Positions 50,139 through 57,402 of a stretch of DNA of 64,000 nucleotides are shown piece by piece. The notes beneath the pieces were generated by a model. The model saw only the letters and a list, made by a program, of their open reading frames with translations, was not told the DNA's origin and did not search any database. Origin of the DNA: a virus. The DNA lies in the IMG/VR virus record IMGVR_UViG_3300023174_000062; one strand, written 5' to 3'. Within the stretch, counting starts at the first letter, position 1, and each line of letters begins with the position of its first letter. Made by a program: the position numbers and the translations under genes.

Positions 50139-51005
50139 ATGATTTTAATCGACCTGAATCAGGTAATGATTTCAAACTTGATGATGCAAATAAATTCAAA
50201 TGCATCAAACCCAATTGATGAGAATCTCATTCGCCATATGGTGCTGAATAGCATTCGAATGTACAATGTCAAGTTCCGTGATGACTATGGCGACATTATT
50301 ATATGTTGCGATGACAAGAAATACTGGCGCAGAGACTACTTCCCATACTACAAAGCAGGTCGTAAGAAAGACAGAGAGGCATCTCCATTTGATTGGAATC
50401 TAATATTTGAAACACTAAACAAAGTACGTGATGAGATTAAAGAATACTTTCCGTATAAAGTGATTCAAGTTGACAAGACTGAAGCCGATGACGTTATCGC
50501 TACATTAACGCACAAGTTCGGCGTTCCACTTAAGAATAGTTCTACCGAAAAAATTCTGATTTTGTCTAGTGACAAGGACTTTATGCAATTGCAAAAGTTC
50601 GCAAACGTAGAACAGTATAGCCCAATGGGTAAGAAGTTCTTGCGCTGTAGCGATCCAGACAAATTCCTAAAAGAACATATTTTTAAAGGAGACAGAAGCG
50701 ATGGAATCCCTAACTTTCTGTCTTCCGATGATACATTTGTTGTAGAAGCACGACAAAAACCTGTAACTGAGAAAAAACTAAATAAGTGGTTAGAAGAAGA
50801 ACCTGAGTCTTTTTGTGATGAAGTGATGCTGAGAAATTACAAGCGAAACGAATTGCTGATTGACCTGTCGAAGATTCCAACTGAGTATCAAGAGAAGATT
50901 CTTGAAACTTATGATAATACCCCTAAACGTGGTAGGGAAAAACTACTTAACTATTTTATCCAAAACCGCATGAAGCAGTTGATGGAACATATACAGGAAT
51001 TTTGA
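50139..51005 (+). CDS. rnh: T4-type RNase H / 5'-3' exonuclease
   Basis: ILIDLNQ, YWRR..FPYYK, EADD, SSDKDF.QL, GD.SDGIPN. Confidence 0.93.
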   Translation: MILIDLNQVMISNLMMQINSNASNPIDENLIRHMVLNSIRMYNVKFRDDYGDIIICCDDKKYWRRDYFPYYKAGRKKDREASPFDWNLIFETLNKVRDEIKEYFPYKVIQVDKTEADDVIATLTHKFGVPLKNSSTEKILILSSDKDFMQLQKFANVEQYSPMGKKFLRCSDPDKFLKEHIFKGDRSDGIPNFLSSDDTFVVEARQKPVTEKKLNKWLEEEPESFCDEVMLRNYKRNELLIDLSKIPTEYQEKILETYDNTPKRGREKLLNYFIQNRMKQLMEHIQEF

Positions 51006-51007
51006 AC

Positions 51008-51451
51008 ATGGCTATTAATATTGAGAAAATGACTTTGCCCGAGTTGCTACAGCACATCGGAGATTTGCCTGCGGCAAAGAAAGCAAGTGCATTGAAGCAA
51101 ATTGCGAATCTGACACCAGAATTGAAAACTGTTCTTAAATATACATTTCATAAGAATATACAGTTTGAGTTGCCTAAAGGTGCACCTCCATATAAAGAGA
51201 TGGAAACTCCAGCAAATTGGGGGCACAACAGATTGCCTAGAGAGTTAAGAAAGTTTCAATACTTCATAACAGGAACTACATTGAATCCTATTAAACGGGA
51301 AGCAATGTTTATTGAGGTTCTAGAAAGCGTTTCGCCTGAAGAAGCCAAATTAGTTTTGATGATGAAAGAAAAAAAACTTACTTACAAAGGCATCAATCGA
51401 AAATTAATCGAAGAAGCGTTGCCTGAAATTTTGCAGGGAGAATCAGAGTAA
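51008..51451 (+). CDS. Conserved T4-like hypothetical protein
   Basis: LPKGAPPY, KRE.MFI.VLE. Confidence 0.65.
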   Translation: MAINIEKMTLPELLQHIGDLPAAKKASALKQIANLTPELKTVLKYTFHKNIQFELPKGAPPYKEMETPANWGHNRLPRELRKFQYFITGTTLNPIKREAMFIEVLESVSPEEAKLVLMMKEKKLTYKGINRKLIEEALPEILQGESE

Positions 51452-51454
51452 CAA

Positions 51455-51643
51455 ATGGCTAAAACAAAGAAATATTCCAGTTTCCGTGACTTCTATGAAG
51501 ACGAAGGCAGAGTAAGGAAACCGAAGTTGAACGAATCGAAAAAGCAAAAAGATAAGTTCAAGCACCAAACTAAATTTATTGATCCCAAAAATATAAATGA
51601 AGATGATTGGGATGAGTTTGAAGAATTTGACGAAATAAAATAA
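51455..51643 (+). CDS. Small charged hypothetical protein
   Basis: ORF track. Confidence 0.5.
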   Translation: MAKTKKYSSFRDFYEDEGRVRKPKLNESKKQKDKFKHQTKFIDPKNINEDDWDEFEEFDEIK

Positions 51644-51659
51644 CCTCTGAGAGTATATT

Positions 51660-52259
51660 ATGAAAAAGGAATTGGATGAAGCACTAGTAGCAAAGTACCC
51701 AAAGATTTTTAAGTATCGTCATGCACCAATGACACATACTGCTATGTGTTGGGGTTTTGAATGTGGTGATGGTTGGTACAACATCATTGATGCATTGTGC
51801 GGAAACATTCAAAGCCATGTTGATTTTAAACGTAAGCGCCGTGCAAGAGCATTACAATTTAATCGTGCGTTGAAACGTGCATTGGCTGGAGATACACGAC
51901 CACTTCAAATGCATTTTACGTTTGGTGGTAAAGAAGAACCAGACGAGTGGGCAATTGAATCTGCTAACAAAGCAATTGAAAAAGCAGAATACCATGAAGT
52001 TCCACCACCTATGCCATACGTCACAGCAAGCCAAGTCAAAGAAAAGTTTGGTGGATTGCGATTCTACACAAATGGCTATACTGATGGGATAAGTGGAATG
52101 ATTAGCATGGCAGAGTCAATGTCATATCGTACATGTGAAGTGTGTGGTAATCCTGGTCGTTCAAATAACTATGGATGGATTTCAACATTGTGCGATACAC
52201 ACCGACTAGAACGAGGTGAAGAGTTACCGCAAAACGAGGAACTAGAGTCCGAAGATTGA
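51660..52259 (+). CDS. Conserved hypothetical protein
   Basis: CGDGW, QVKEKFGGLRFY, CEVCG. Confidence 0.65.
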   Translation: MKKELDEALVAKYPKIFKYRHAPMTHTAMCWGFECGDGWYNIIDALCGNIQSHVDFKRKRRARALQFNRALKRALAGDTRPLQMHFTFGGKEEPDEWAIESANKAIEKAEYHEVPPPMPYVTASQVKEKFGGLRFYTNGYTDGISGMISMAESMSYRTCEVCGNPGRSNNYGWISTLCDTHRLERGEELPQNEELESED

Positions 52260-52285
52260 ATACCAAGGTACTAATATCCATTTCC

Positions 52286-52308
52286 AAGCCGTCCTAGACG
52301 GCTTTTTT
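52286..52308 (+). terminator. Intrinsic terminator
   Basis: AAGCCGTC-cta-GACGGCTT-TTTT. Confidence 0.8.
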
Positions 52309-52328
52309 GTTGTTTTTCCCCCACAAAA

Positions 52329-52388
52329 CGTTGTTTTTTTGCACAAAGTGAAAATATCCGTTGACTTGCCCACCAGTGCCTGTATAAT
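52329..52388 (+). promoter_or_regulatory. Early promoter with degenerate palindrome
   Basis: CGTTG-N8-CACAA; TTGACT 52361; TATAAT 52383. Confidence 0.7.
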
Positions 52389-52424
52389 AGATTCTGTAGT
52401 GAGTGAGATTGATTGGAGATTTAA

Positions 52425-52517
52425 ATGATTACGATTTTAGCGATTTTGATGGGTTTGTTTGTTGCGATGGTTCTGTTCGGTGCCGCAGTTGGCGGTTCTG
52501 TTAAAACCCTCGGTTAA
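52425..52517 (+). CDS. 30 aa membrane peptide
   Basis: MITILAILMGLFVAMVLFGAAVGGSVKTLG; GGAG SD. Confidence 0.55.
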   Translation: MITILAILMGLFVAMVLFGAAVGGSVKTLG

Positions 52518-52529
52518 TTGATAAAGGAA

Positions 52530-52871
52530 ATGAAAATGATGTACGAAGCACTAGAAACCTTGAAGAATGACATTGTTGCCGATTACGAAGGTTGGCAAAA
52601 CGTTGGTGGTAAACCTCGCACCGAAGTCCAAGCACGGATGCTTGACGAGTTTATCAACGGAATTCGGATTGATGAAGGTAGCAAGTACATCAAGATTGTT
52701 ACTGGTTCCTCGGTTTGGGGTTTCATTGTGAAAACTGATACGGACAAGAAATTCCGTAAAGGTGACATTCTGAAAGCGGCTGGTTGGGCGGCTCCTGCAC
52801 GTAATGCCGCACGTGGTAACATTCTAGACGGTGGATATACAATCCGCTGGACAGGTCCTCTCTACTTGTAA
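52530..52871 (+). CDS. Conserved early hypothetical protein
   Basis: KYIKI...GDILKAAGW.AP...RGNI. Confidence 0.65.
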   Translation: MKMMYEALETLKNDIVADYEGWQNVGGKPRTEVQARMLDEFINGIRIDEGSKYIKIVTGSSVWGFIVKTDTDKKFRKGDILKAAGWAAPARNAARGNILDGGYTIRWTGPLYL

Positions 52872-52873
52872 TG

Positions 52874-52935
52874 TGTTGCAAAAAAGCAACAACTTCAAAA
52901 ATAGTTGTTGACTTTTTTACCGAAGAGAGTAGAAT
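52874..52935 (+). promoter_or_regulatory. Early promoter with TGTTG-N8-CAACA palindrome
   Basis: Palindrome 52874-52891; TTGACT 52908; TAGAAT 52930. Confidence 0.75.
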
Positions 52936-52971
52936 AGATTCTGTAGTGATTGAGATATAAGGAAATTTGAA

Positions 52972-53845
52972 ATGCGTACTAAGACTTTTATTGACGGCTT
53001 TAAGAATTCACAAAAAATCCGTGTGATGTTTGATGGGTTCGGTGTCTACACTACTGTAGGTGGTGTATGCGGTACTTTTGCTACTGCTAGCCATAGTGCG
53101 GCCGCATGTGATGCATTGTTGAAATTGTCTTATATGCGTTACATGGCTAAAAAAGATAACGAGTTGGTTCCAACTGGTTTGGGTTATACAACCCGTGGTA
53201 TGCAAGTTCAGATTGATTTGATTTAAGGAAATAAAATGACTACATTAACTATAGATATCTCTTACGGAATGTTTAGCGAAGTTGGTAACTTAGCCGTTCA
53301 TGGCGTTGTCGTTACTGCAATAACAATGAACCTGACATGGCCACAGACTTACAAGTGTCTCAACATGTTAGCGAAATCTGACTATAGCAAATTTGGTGAG
53401 GCGATGGACACCGAAGTTCGTGAGTGTGTCTATAATGCTTGTGGTTTTACTTCTGACTTTTATGGTGCTTAATATGATTACATACAAATTTTATGTCGGT
53501 AAAGACGTTTACGAATTCGAAGCGGAATCTGCATTGAATGCGATGGAACAATGCAACCGTCAAGTGATTGACAAGTTAGATTTGCACCCTATGGCTTGGT
53601 TTGATGCTGGTCAAAATGCATTTTCGTGTCAGTCTGGCAACTTTTTTGATTAAGGAAATAAAATGAAAATCGAAACAGCAATTGGTATTCTGAATAAAGA
53701 ACGTGAATTTTTGGGTATTGGTTTCTTGGAGTTGTTGCAAGATATCCAAAAAGAAGGTAAGATGATTTACTCCGAACGAGTGATGGAAGCCTTTGAACGG
53801 TTCATGGTCGATGGTCGCAAGATGTTTGCCCCTGTTGCAGAATAA
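52972..53845 (+). CDS. Four small early hypothetical genes (52972-53226, 53236-53472, 53474-53653, 53663-53845)
   Basis: Tightly packed ORFs, mostly with AAGGAAAT SD. Confidence 0.55.
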
Positions 53846-53894
53846 CAACACTACCAAAAATAGTTGTTGACTTACCCACCCAACCTGTTAAACT
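53833..53894 (+). promoter_or_regulatory. Early promoter with TGTTG-N8-CAACA palindrome
   Basis: Palindrome 53833-53850; TTGACT 53867; TAAACT 53889. Confidence 0.72.
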
Positions 53895-53924
53895 AGAGTC
53901 TGTTGAGTTGATAAAGGAAATGAA

Positions 53925-54749
53925 ATGATGACAGCGAACGAACAAACCCTCTGGGAAATCCAAGCATACGGTGCTAAGAAATCCGAAATCCTTGAGTCCG
54001 TTACGGATTCAATCAGTTTCAAATTTTCTGGTCCTGGCATGGTGATTGCAAGTTATCTTTCCGATGCACAGGAAATGATTGCATGTGGTAGTTCGAATGA
54101 TGCACGGCAGTATATCAACATTGCCAAAATGTTGATGATGGAATTCAATTTAGGTTTTAAGGAATAAATATATGATGATAGTTATCCGCACTCAGTACCA
54201 CGAAAATTATGGCGCACATGATTGGGATGGTGAGGGTGAGTGTCCTCAGTATTGGAAAGCCAAAGGCGGTTCAGAGTATAAGATACTTGACGTTCCGCTT
54301 AACATAGACTATAATGAGTTTGTGAAGTTTGCATTGAGTGGCATTGAAACTGATACGGATTACTCCAGTGAGTACATGATTGATTGGTCTATGGAAAGTG
54401 ATGATTACCTTTCATGGTTTGAGAAATCTCAGTTACAGTTTGATGGTGCGATTGCACACAAAGAACCCGCAATGACGTATCAACAAGTTTTGGATAAACA
54501 AAAGGAACTAGCATGAGTAAGATGAGCGAATTGGCGATGGAGATTGAACAATTGTACACACAAGGTTACAATGAGTTCACGATTGCAACAATGCTTAATA
54601 TACCAGTAGAATTGGTTGACAATTTTGTTGCAAGTTTTATGGAAGTGAGTTATAATGAAAGCATGGACGGAGATTTTGATTCCGCTATGGCTTCAGCAGG
54701 ATATGGAACGGATGAGGATTACGGAAGTTATGGAGAGCCTGAATTTTAA
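53925..54749 (+). CDS. Three small early hypothetical genes (53925-54167, 54172-54516, 54513-54749)
   Basis: Packed ORFs with SD; second has ENYG...YWK.KGG motif. Confidence 0.55.
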
Positions 54750-54873
54750 ATTGTCGAAAACAAAACCACGTAATATGGTAGCGAAGGACTTGCGTAGTCC
54801 TAAGTATCGTATGCGTGTGGTTGAAGACAAGCGTAAGAAAGAACCTAAGTACAAGGAACAGTATGTATATTGA
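54730..54873 (+). CDS. 47 aa basic protein, loosely ArfA-like
   Basis: RNMVAKDLRSPKYRMRVVEDKRKK. Confidence 0.45.
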   Translation: MESLNFKLSKTKPRNMVAKDLRSPKYRMRVVEDKRKKEPKYKEQYVY

Positions 54874-55165
54874 AGGCATGGGTCCACGACAATCGATGGC
54901 TGTTGAAATTTTAGATACAGTACGATTTGGCGCACTTGATAAAATTAAAGGTGCAAATGGTTATGCCAAGAAAAAACTTGACAACGGTGATGCTTATGTG
55001 ATACCATTTGGACTTAGTAAAAATATTTTTGGCGCTGTCGTAATTTCTGCTCCAAAAAGGCTATATATTACATATAGAGTAAATGGCAAAGATAAGACTG
55101 TGCGAATGACTAACGCATGGGAAGTGAAACGATTCTTAGTGAAGGAATTCATTCAGAAGATGTAA
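54863..55165 (+). CDS. Hypothetical protein
   Basis: ORF with AAGGA SD. Confidence 0.5.
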   Translation: MYIEGMGPRQSMAVEILDTVRFGALDKIKGANGYAKKKLDNGDAYVIPFGLSKNIFGAVVISAPKRLYITYRVNGKDKTVRMTNAWEVKRFLVKEFIQKM

Positions 55166-55379
55166 AGAACGTTCTGGCTAGTCACCAGATACTGTGACCC
55201 ACAGGATGAGAAGTGGTGTGACAACCACGGGTGGTACACTTTAAACCGAAAGTGCGTTGGCAATACGAGAACGGAACCTGTCGGGAAGCGGGTGGAGGGT
55301 ACGTGGTATGAGTGTCTGGTAAAGACGTCCTCAGAGTCCATTAGTGCTATAATTACCGCCGAGGTTCGCAGAGCATTTT
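55166..55379 (+). ncRNA. Unidentified structured RNA
   Basis: GC-rich intergenic segment with closing stem and several hairpins. Confidence 0.55.
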
Positions 55380-55399
55380 ATGAATTGAAAAAAGGTTTA

Positions 55400-55687
55400 A
55401 TGATGATTAATGCGAATGAGAAAGAAATTTTATTGATTGCACAGGAAGAATGTGCAGAAGTGACACAGGCAATCAGTAAGGTTTTTCGATTTGGATTACA
55501 TGCACAACACAATGGTGCATCTAATCGTGAACGATTGACAGAAGAAGTTGGTGATTTATTTTGCATGATTCAATTGATGATTGAAACAGGTATTATTAAT
55601 ATTGATGAAGTAGATAACGCATCACGAAAGAAAAAAGAAAAACTCCAGAAATGGTCTAACATTTATACGAAAGAAACGGTACTCTAA
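55400..55687 (+). CDS. MazG-like NTP pyrophosphatase
   Basis: EECAEV...K...EEVGDL. Confidence 0.8.
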   Translation: MMINANEKEILLIAQEECAEVTQAISKVFRFGLHAQHNGASNRERLTEEVGDLFCMIQLMIETGIINIDEVDNASRKKKEKLQKWSNIYTKETVL

Positions 55688-55688
55688 A

Positions 55689-55805
55689 ATGAATTTAATC
55701 TCGAAACTCTCAACAAGAAATTATATGCCAATTACATGGCAGAGTATTTCTCGCTTTGAGAAATCAGATTGCCACGCACCAGTGATGGGGGCTTGTTATA
55801 CCTGA
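55689..55805 (+). CDS. 38 aa attenuator leader peptide containing all 20 amino acids
   Basis: MNLISKLSTRNYMPITWQSISRFEKSDCHAPVMGACYT; 3' end overlaps antiterminator strand. Confidence 0.75.
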   Translation: MNLISKLSTRNYMPITWQSISRFEKSDCHAPVMGACYT

Positions 55806-55875
55806 GGACCATAAGTCCAAAGAGAATACAAAGACAAGCCCCCTAGAGACTGAAAACTCTAGGGGGTTTTTCTTT
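55787..55875 (+). terminator. Attenuator: antiterminator versus intrinsic terminator
   Basis: GGGGGCTTGT 55787-96 pairs ACAAGCCCCC 55834-43; terminator CCCCCTAGAG-8nt-CTCTAGGGGG-TTTTTCTTT 55839-75. Confidence 0.85.
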
Positions 55876-55902
55876 GTGTATATCATCGAATATATTACAA
55901 AC

Positions 55903-55913
55903 GTTCTTTAACA
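55903..55913 (+). promoter_or_regulatory. rrn-type boxA antitermination site
   Basis: GTTCTTTAACA matches GYTCTTTAANA. Confidence 0.65.
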
Positions 55914-55936
55914 ATTTGCATCCATATTTTTTATGT

Positions 55937-56010
55937 TGGGGGTTAGTGTAGCGGTAGCACACCAGACTTTGACTCTGTTAGCACAAGTTCGATCCTTGTA
56001 CCCTCTGCCA
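55937..56010 (+). tRNA. tRNA-Gln(UUG)
   Basis: Cloverleaf, anticodon TTG, CCA. Confidence 0.9.
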
Positions 56011-56016
56011 ATAAAT

Positions 56017-56091
56017 GGTGACATAGCACAGCGGTAGTGCAACTGCTTCATACGCAGTAGGTCGTTGGCTCGAATCCAACTGTCACCACCA
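56017..56091 (+). tRNA. tRNA-Met(CAU), probably elongator
   Basis: Anticodon CAT, paired 1:72, CCA. Confidence 0.85.
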
Positions 56092-56093
56092 AT

Positions 56094-56168
56094 GGGGGTA
56101 TAACTTAACGGCTAAAGTAGTAGGCTTTTAACCTATTAATCCGAGTTCGATTCTCGGTGCCCCTACCA
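56094..56168 (+). tRNA. tRNA-Lys(UUU)
   Basis: Anticodon TTT, CCA. Confidence 0.9.
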
Positions 56169-56180
56169 GTTTTCTTTGGT

Positions 56181-56256
56181 GTGACCTTAGTGTTAGCGGT
56201 CAGCACCTCGGATTGTGATTCCGATAGGATGGGTTCAAATCCCATAGGTCACCCCA
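56181..56256 (+). tRNA. tRNA-His(GUG)
   Basis: Anticodon GTG, C73, CCA. Confidence 0.9.
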
Positions 56257-56265
56257 AAGAAAATT

Positions 56266-56340
56266 GCCTTGTTAACTCAGCGGTAGAGTGTCTCCCTTAC
56301 AAGGAGAAGGTCGGCAGTTCGATCCTGTCACAAGGTACCA
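56266..56340 (+). tRNA. tRNA-Val(UAC)
   Basis: Anticodon TAC, CCA. Confidence 0.9.
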
Positions 56341-56500
56341 ATTCACTTGATGCTAGGCAAGTTAAGGCCTAGCAGTCCTATCCCAAGGATCACTTGCGCT
56401 AGAACGCAAGGCCGATGAGCATTGAAAGCCCTACCACGGGTGCCAATGGACGATAAATTGGGAAGCAATAGTTAGTAGTGGGAGATGAAAATCGAAATTA
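56341..56500 (+). ncRNA. Unidentified structured RNA within tRNA array
   Basis: TGCTAGGC/GCCTAGCA, CTTGCG/CGCAAG, TCCCAA/TTGGGA stems. Confidence 0.55.
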
Positions 56501-56501
56501 A

Positions 56502-56575
56502 TCCCGGATAGTTAAATGGTATAACGTAGGCTTGATAAGCCTTTATCGCAAGTTCGATTCTTGCTCTGGGAACCA
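56502..56575 (+). tRNA. tRNA-Ile(GAU)
   Basis: Anticodon GAT, CCA. Confidence 0.9.
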
Positions 56576-56578
56576 AAT

Positions 56579-56655
56579 GCCCTCTTACTCCAATTGGTAG
56601 AGAGAGCGGTCTTAGAAGCCGTAAAGTCTCAGTTCGAATCTGAGAGAGGGCACCA
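56579..56655 (+). tRNA. tRNA-Leu(UAG), short variable loop
   Basis: Anticodon TAG, 77 nt, CCA. Confidence 0.85.
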
Positions 56656-56663
56656 AGTATTTT

Positions 56664-56738
56664 GCGCCTTTAGTGAAATGAATATCACACCTTGCTACGA
56701 ACGAGGAATTGGGAGTTTGATTCTCTCAGGGTGCGCCA
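56664..56738 (+). tRNA. tRNA-Arg(ACG)
   Basis: Anticodon ACG, CCA. Confidence 0.85.
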
Positions 56739-56740
56739 AT

Positions 56741-56816
56741 GGGACTTTAGCAAATGTGGTCATTGCGGTCGCCTGAAGAGCGATGGAAGTTGGTTCGATT
56801 CCAACAGGTCCTACCA
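56741..56816 (+). tRNA. tRNA-Phe(GAA)
   Basis: Anticodon GAA, CCA. Confidence 0.9.
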
Positions 56817-56822
56817 AGATAT

Positions 56823-56914
56823 GGAAGATAATGCAGGTGGGATGGTCCGCCGACTAGCCTTGAAAACTAGGTTCTCAGAAATGGGATGGGGTTCGACTCC
56901 TCTGTCTTCCGCCA
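56823..56914 (+). tRNA. tRNA-Ser(UGA), non-canonical 8/4-type
   Basis: Anticodon TGA, long V arm, G73, CCA. Confidence 0.8.
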
Positions 56915-56920
56915 ATATGT

Positions 56921-57008
56921 AGAGAGTTGCCTGAGTGGTTAAAGGAGCGGTTTGCTAAACCGTCATTGCGAAAGCGGTGCATGAGTTCGAATCTCATACT
57001 CTCTGCCA
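56921..57008 (+). tRNA. tRNA-Ser(GCU)
   Basis: Anticodon GCT, long V arm, CCA. Confidence 0.9.
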
Positions 57009-57009
57009 G

Positions 57010-57113
57010 TGTTGCAAAAAAACAACAGTTACCAAAAATTGTTGTTGACAAAAAATGTGTAGAGTGTTATACTCTATTCATAGATTGAGAAATCAATCAA
57101 ATGTTCTTTAAAA
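57010..57113 (+). promoter_or_regulatory. Internal promoter with palindrome, boxB-like hairpin and boxA
   Basis: TGTTG-N8-CAACA 57010; TTGACA 57045-17-TATACT 57068; GATTGA-GAAA-TCAATC 57083; GTTCTTTAAAA 57103. Confidence 0.75.
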
Positions 57114-57119
57114 AATTAT

Positions 57120-57195
57120 GCACCTATCGTCTAACGGTTAGGACGGCGCCCTTTCAAGGCGCAAACGAGGGGTTCGATTCCCCCTAGGTGTACCA
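57120..57195 (+). tRNA. tRNA-Glu(UUC)
   Basis: Anticodon TTC, CCA. Confidence 0.9.
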
Positions 57196-57196
57196 G

Positions 57197-57398
57197 ATTT
57201 AATTACATTGGTTACCAAGCCAGTAGGTAATTTAACAAGTGAGAACCAGTTGACGGACTGGCACTTCTAGATTACATGAACGAGCGAATCACGCTGGAAC
57301 AACTTGGTCTGTAATGTGGTTGACAAGCAAATCCATGGACGGCATGGTAGGGCAGGTTCAAAACTGTTATTTTTGTCAATCATCCAGTGTAATTAAAT
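57197..57398 (+). ncRNA. Unidentified multibranch RNA
   Basis: 15 bp closing stem ATTTAATTACATTGG/CCAGTGTAATTAAAT. Confidence 0.65.
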
Positions 57399-57402
57399 GT
57401 GG

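Noticed and set aside
52329-53894. CRISPR-like repeats
   Set aside because: The repeats are promoter elements separated by genes, with no regular spacers or cas genes
55166-56500. Hammerhead ribozymes suggested by GATGAG segments
   Set aside because: The core CUGANGA and correctly placed GAAA...UH are not present
56823-56914. Selenocysteine or opal-suppressor tRNA
   Set aside because: The anticodon is TGA (reads UCA Ser), not TCA; no Sel machinery or in-frame TGA read-through seen
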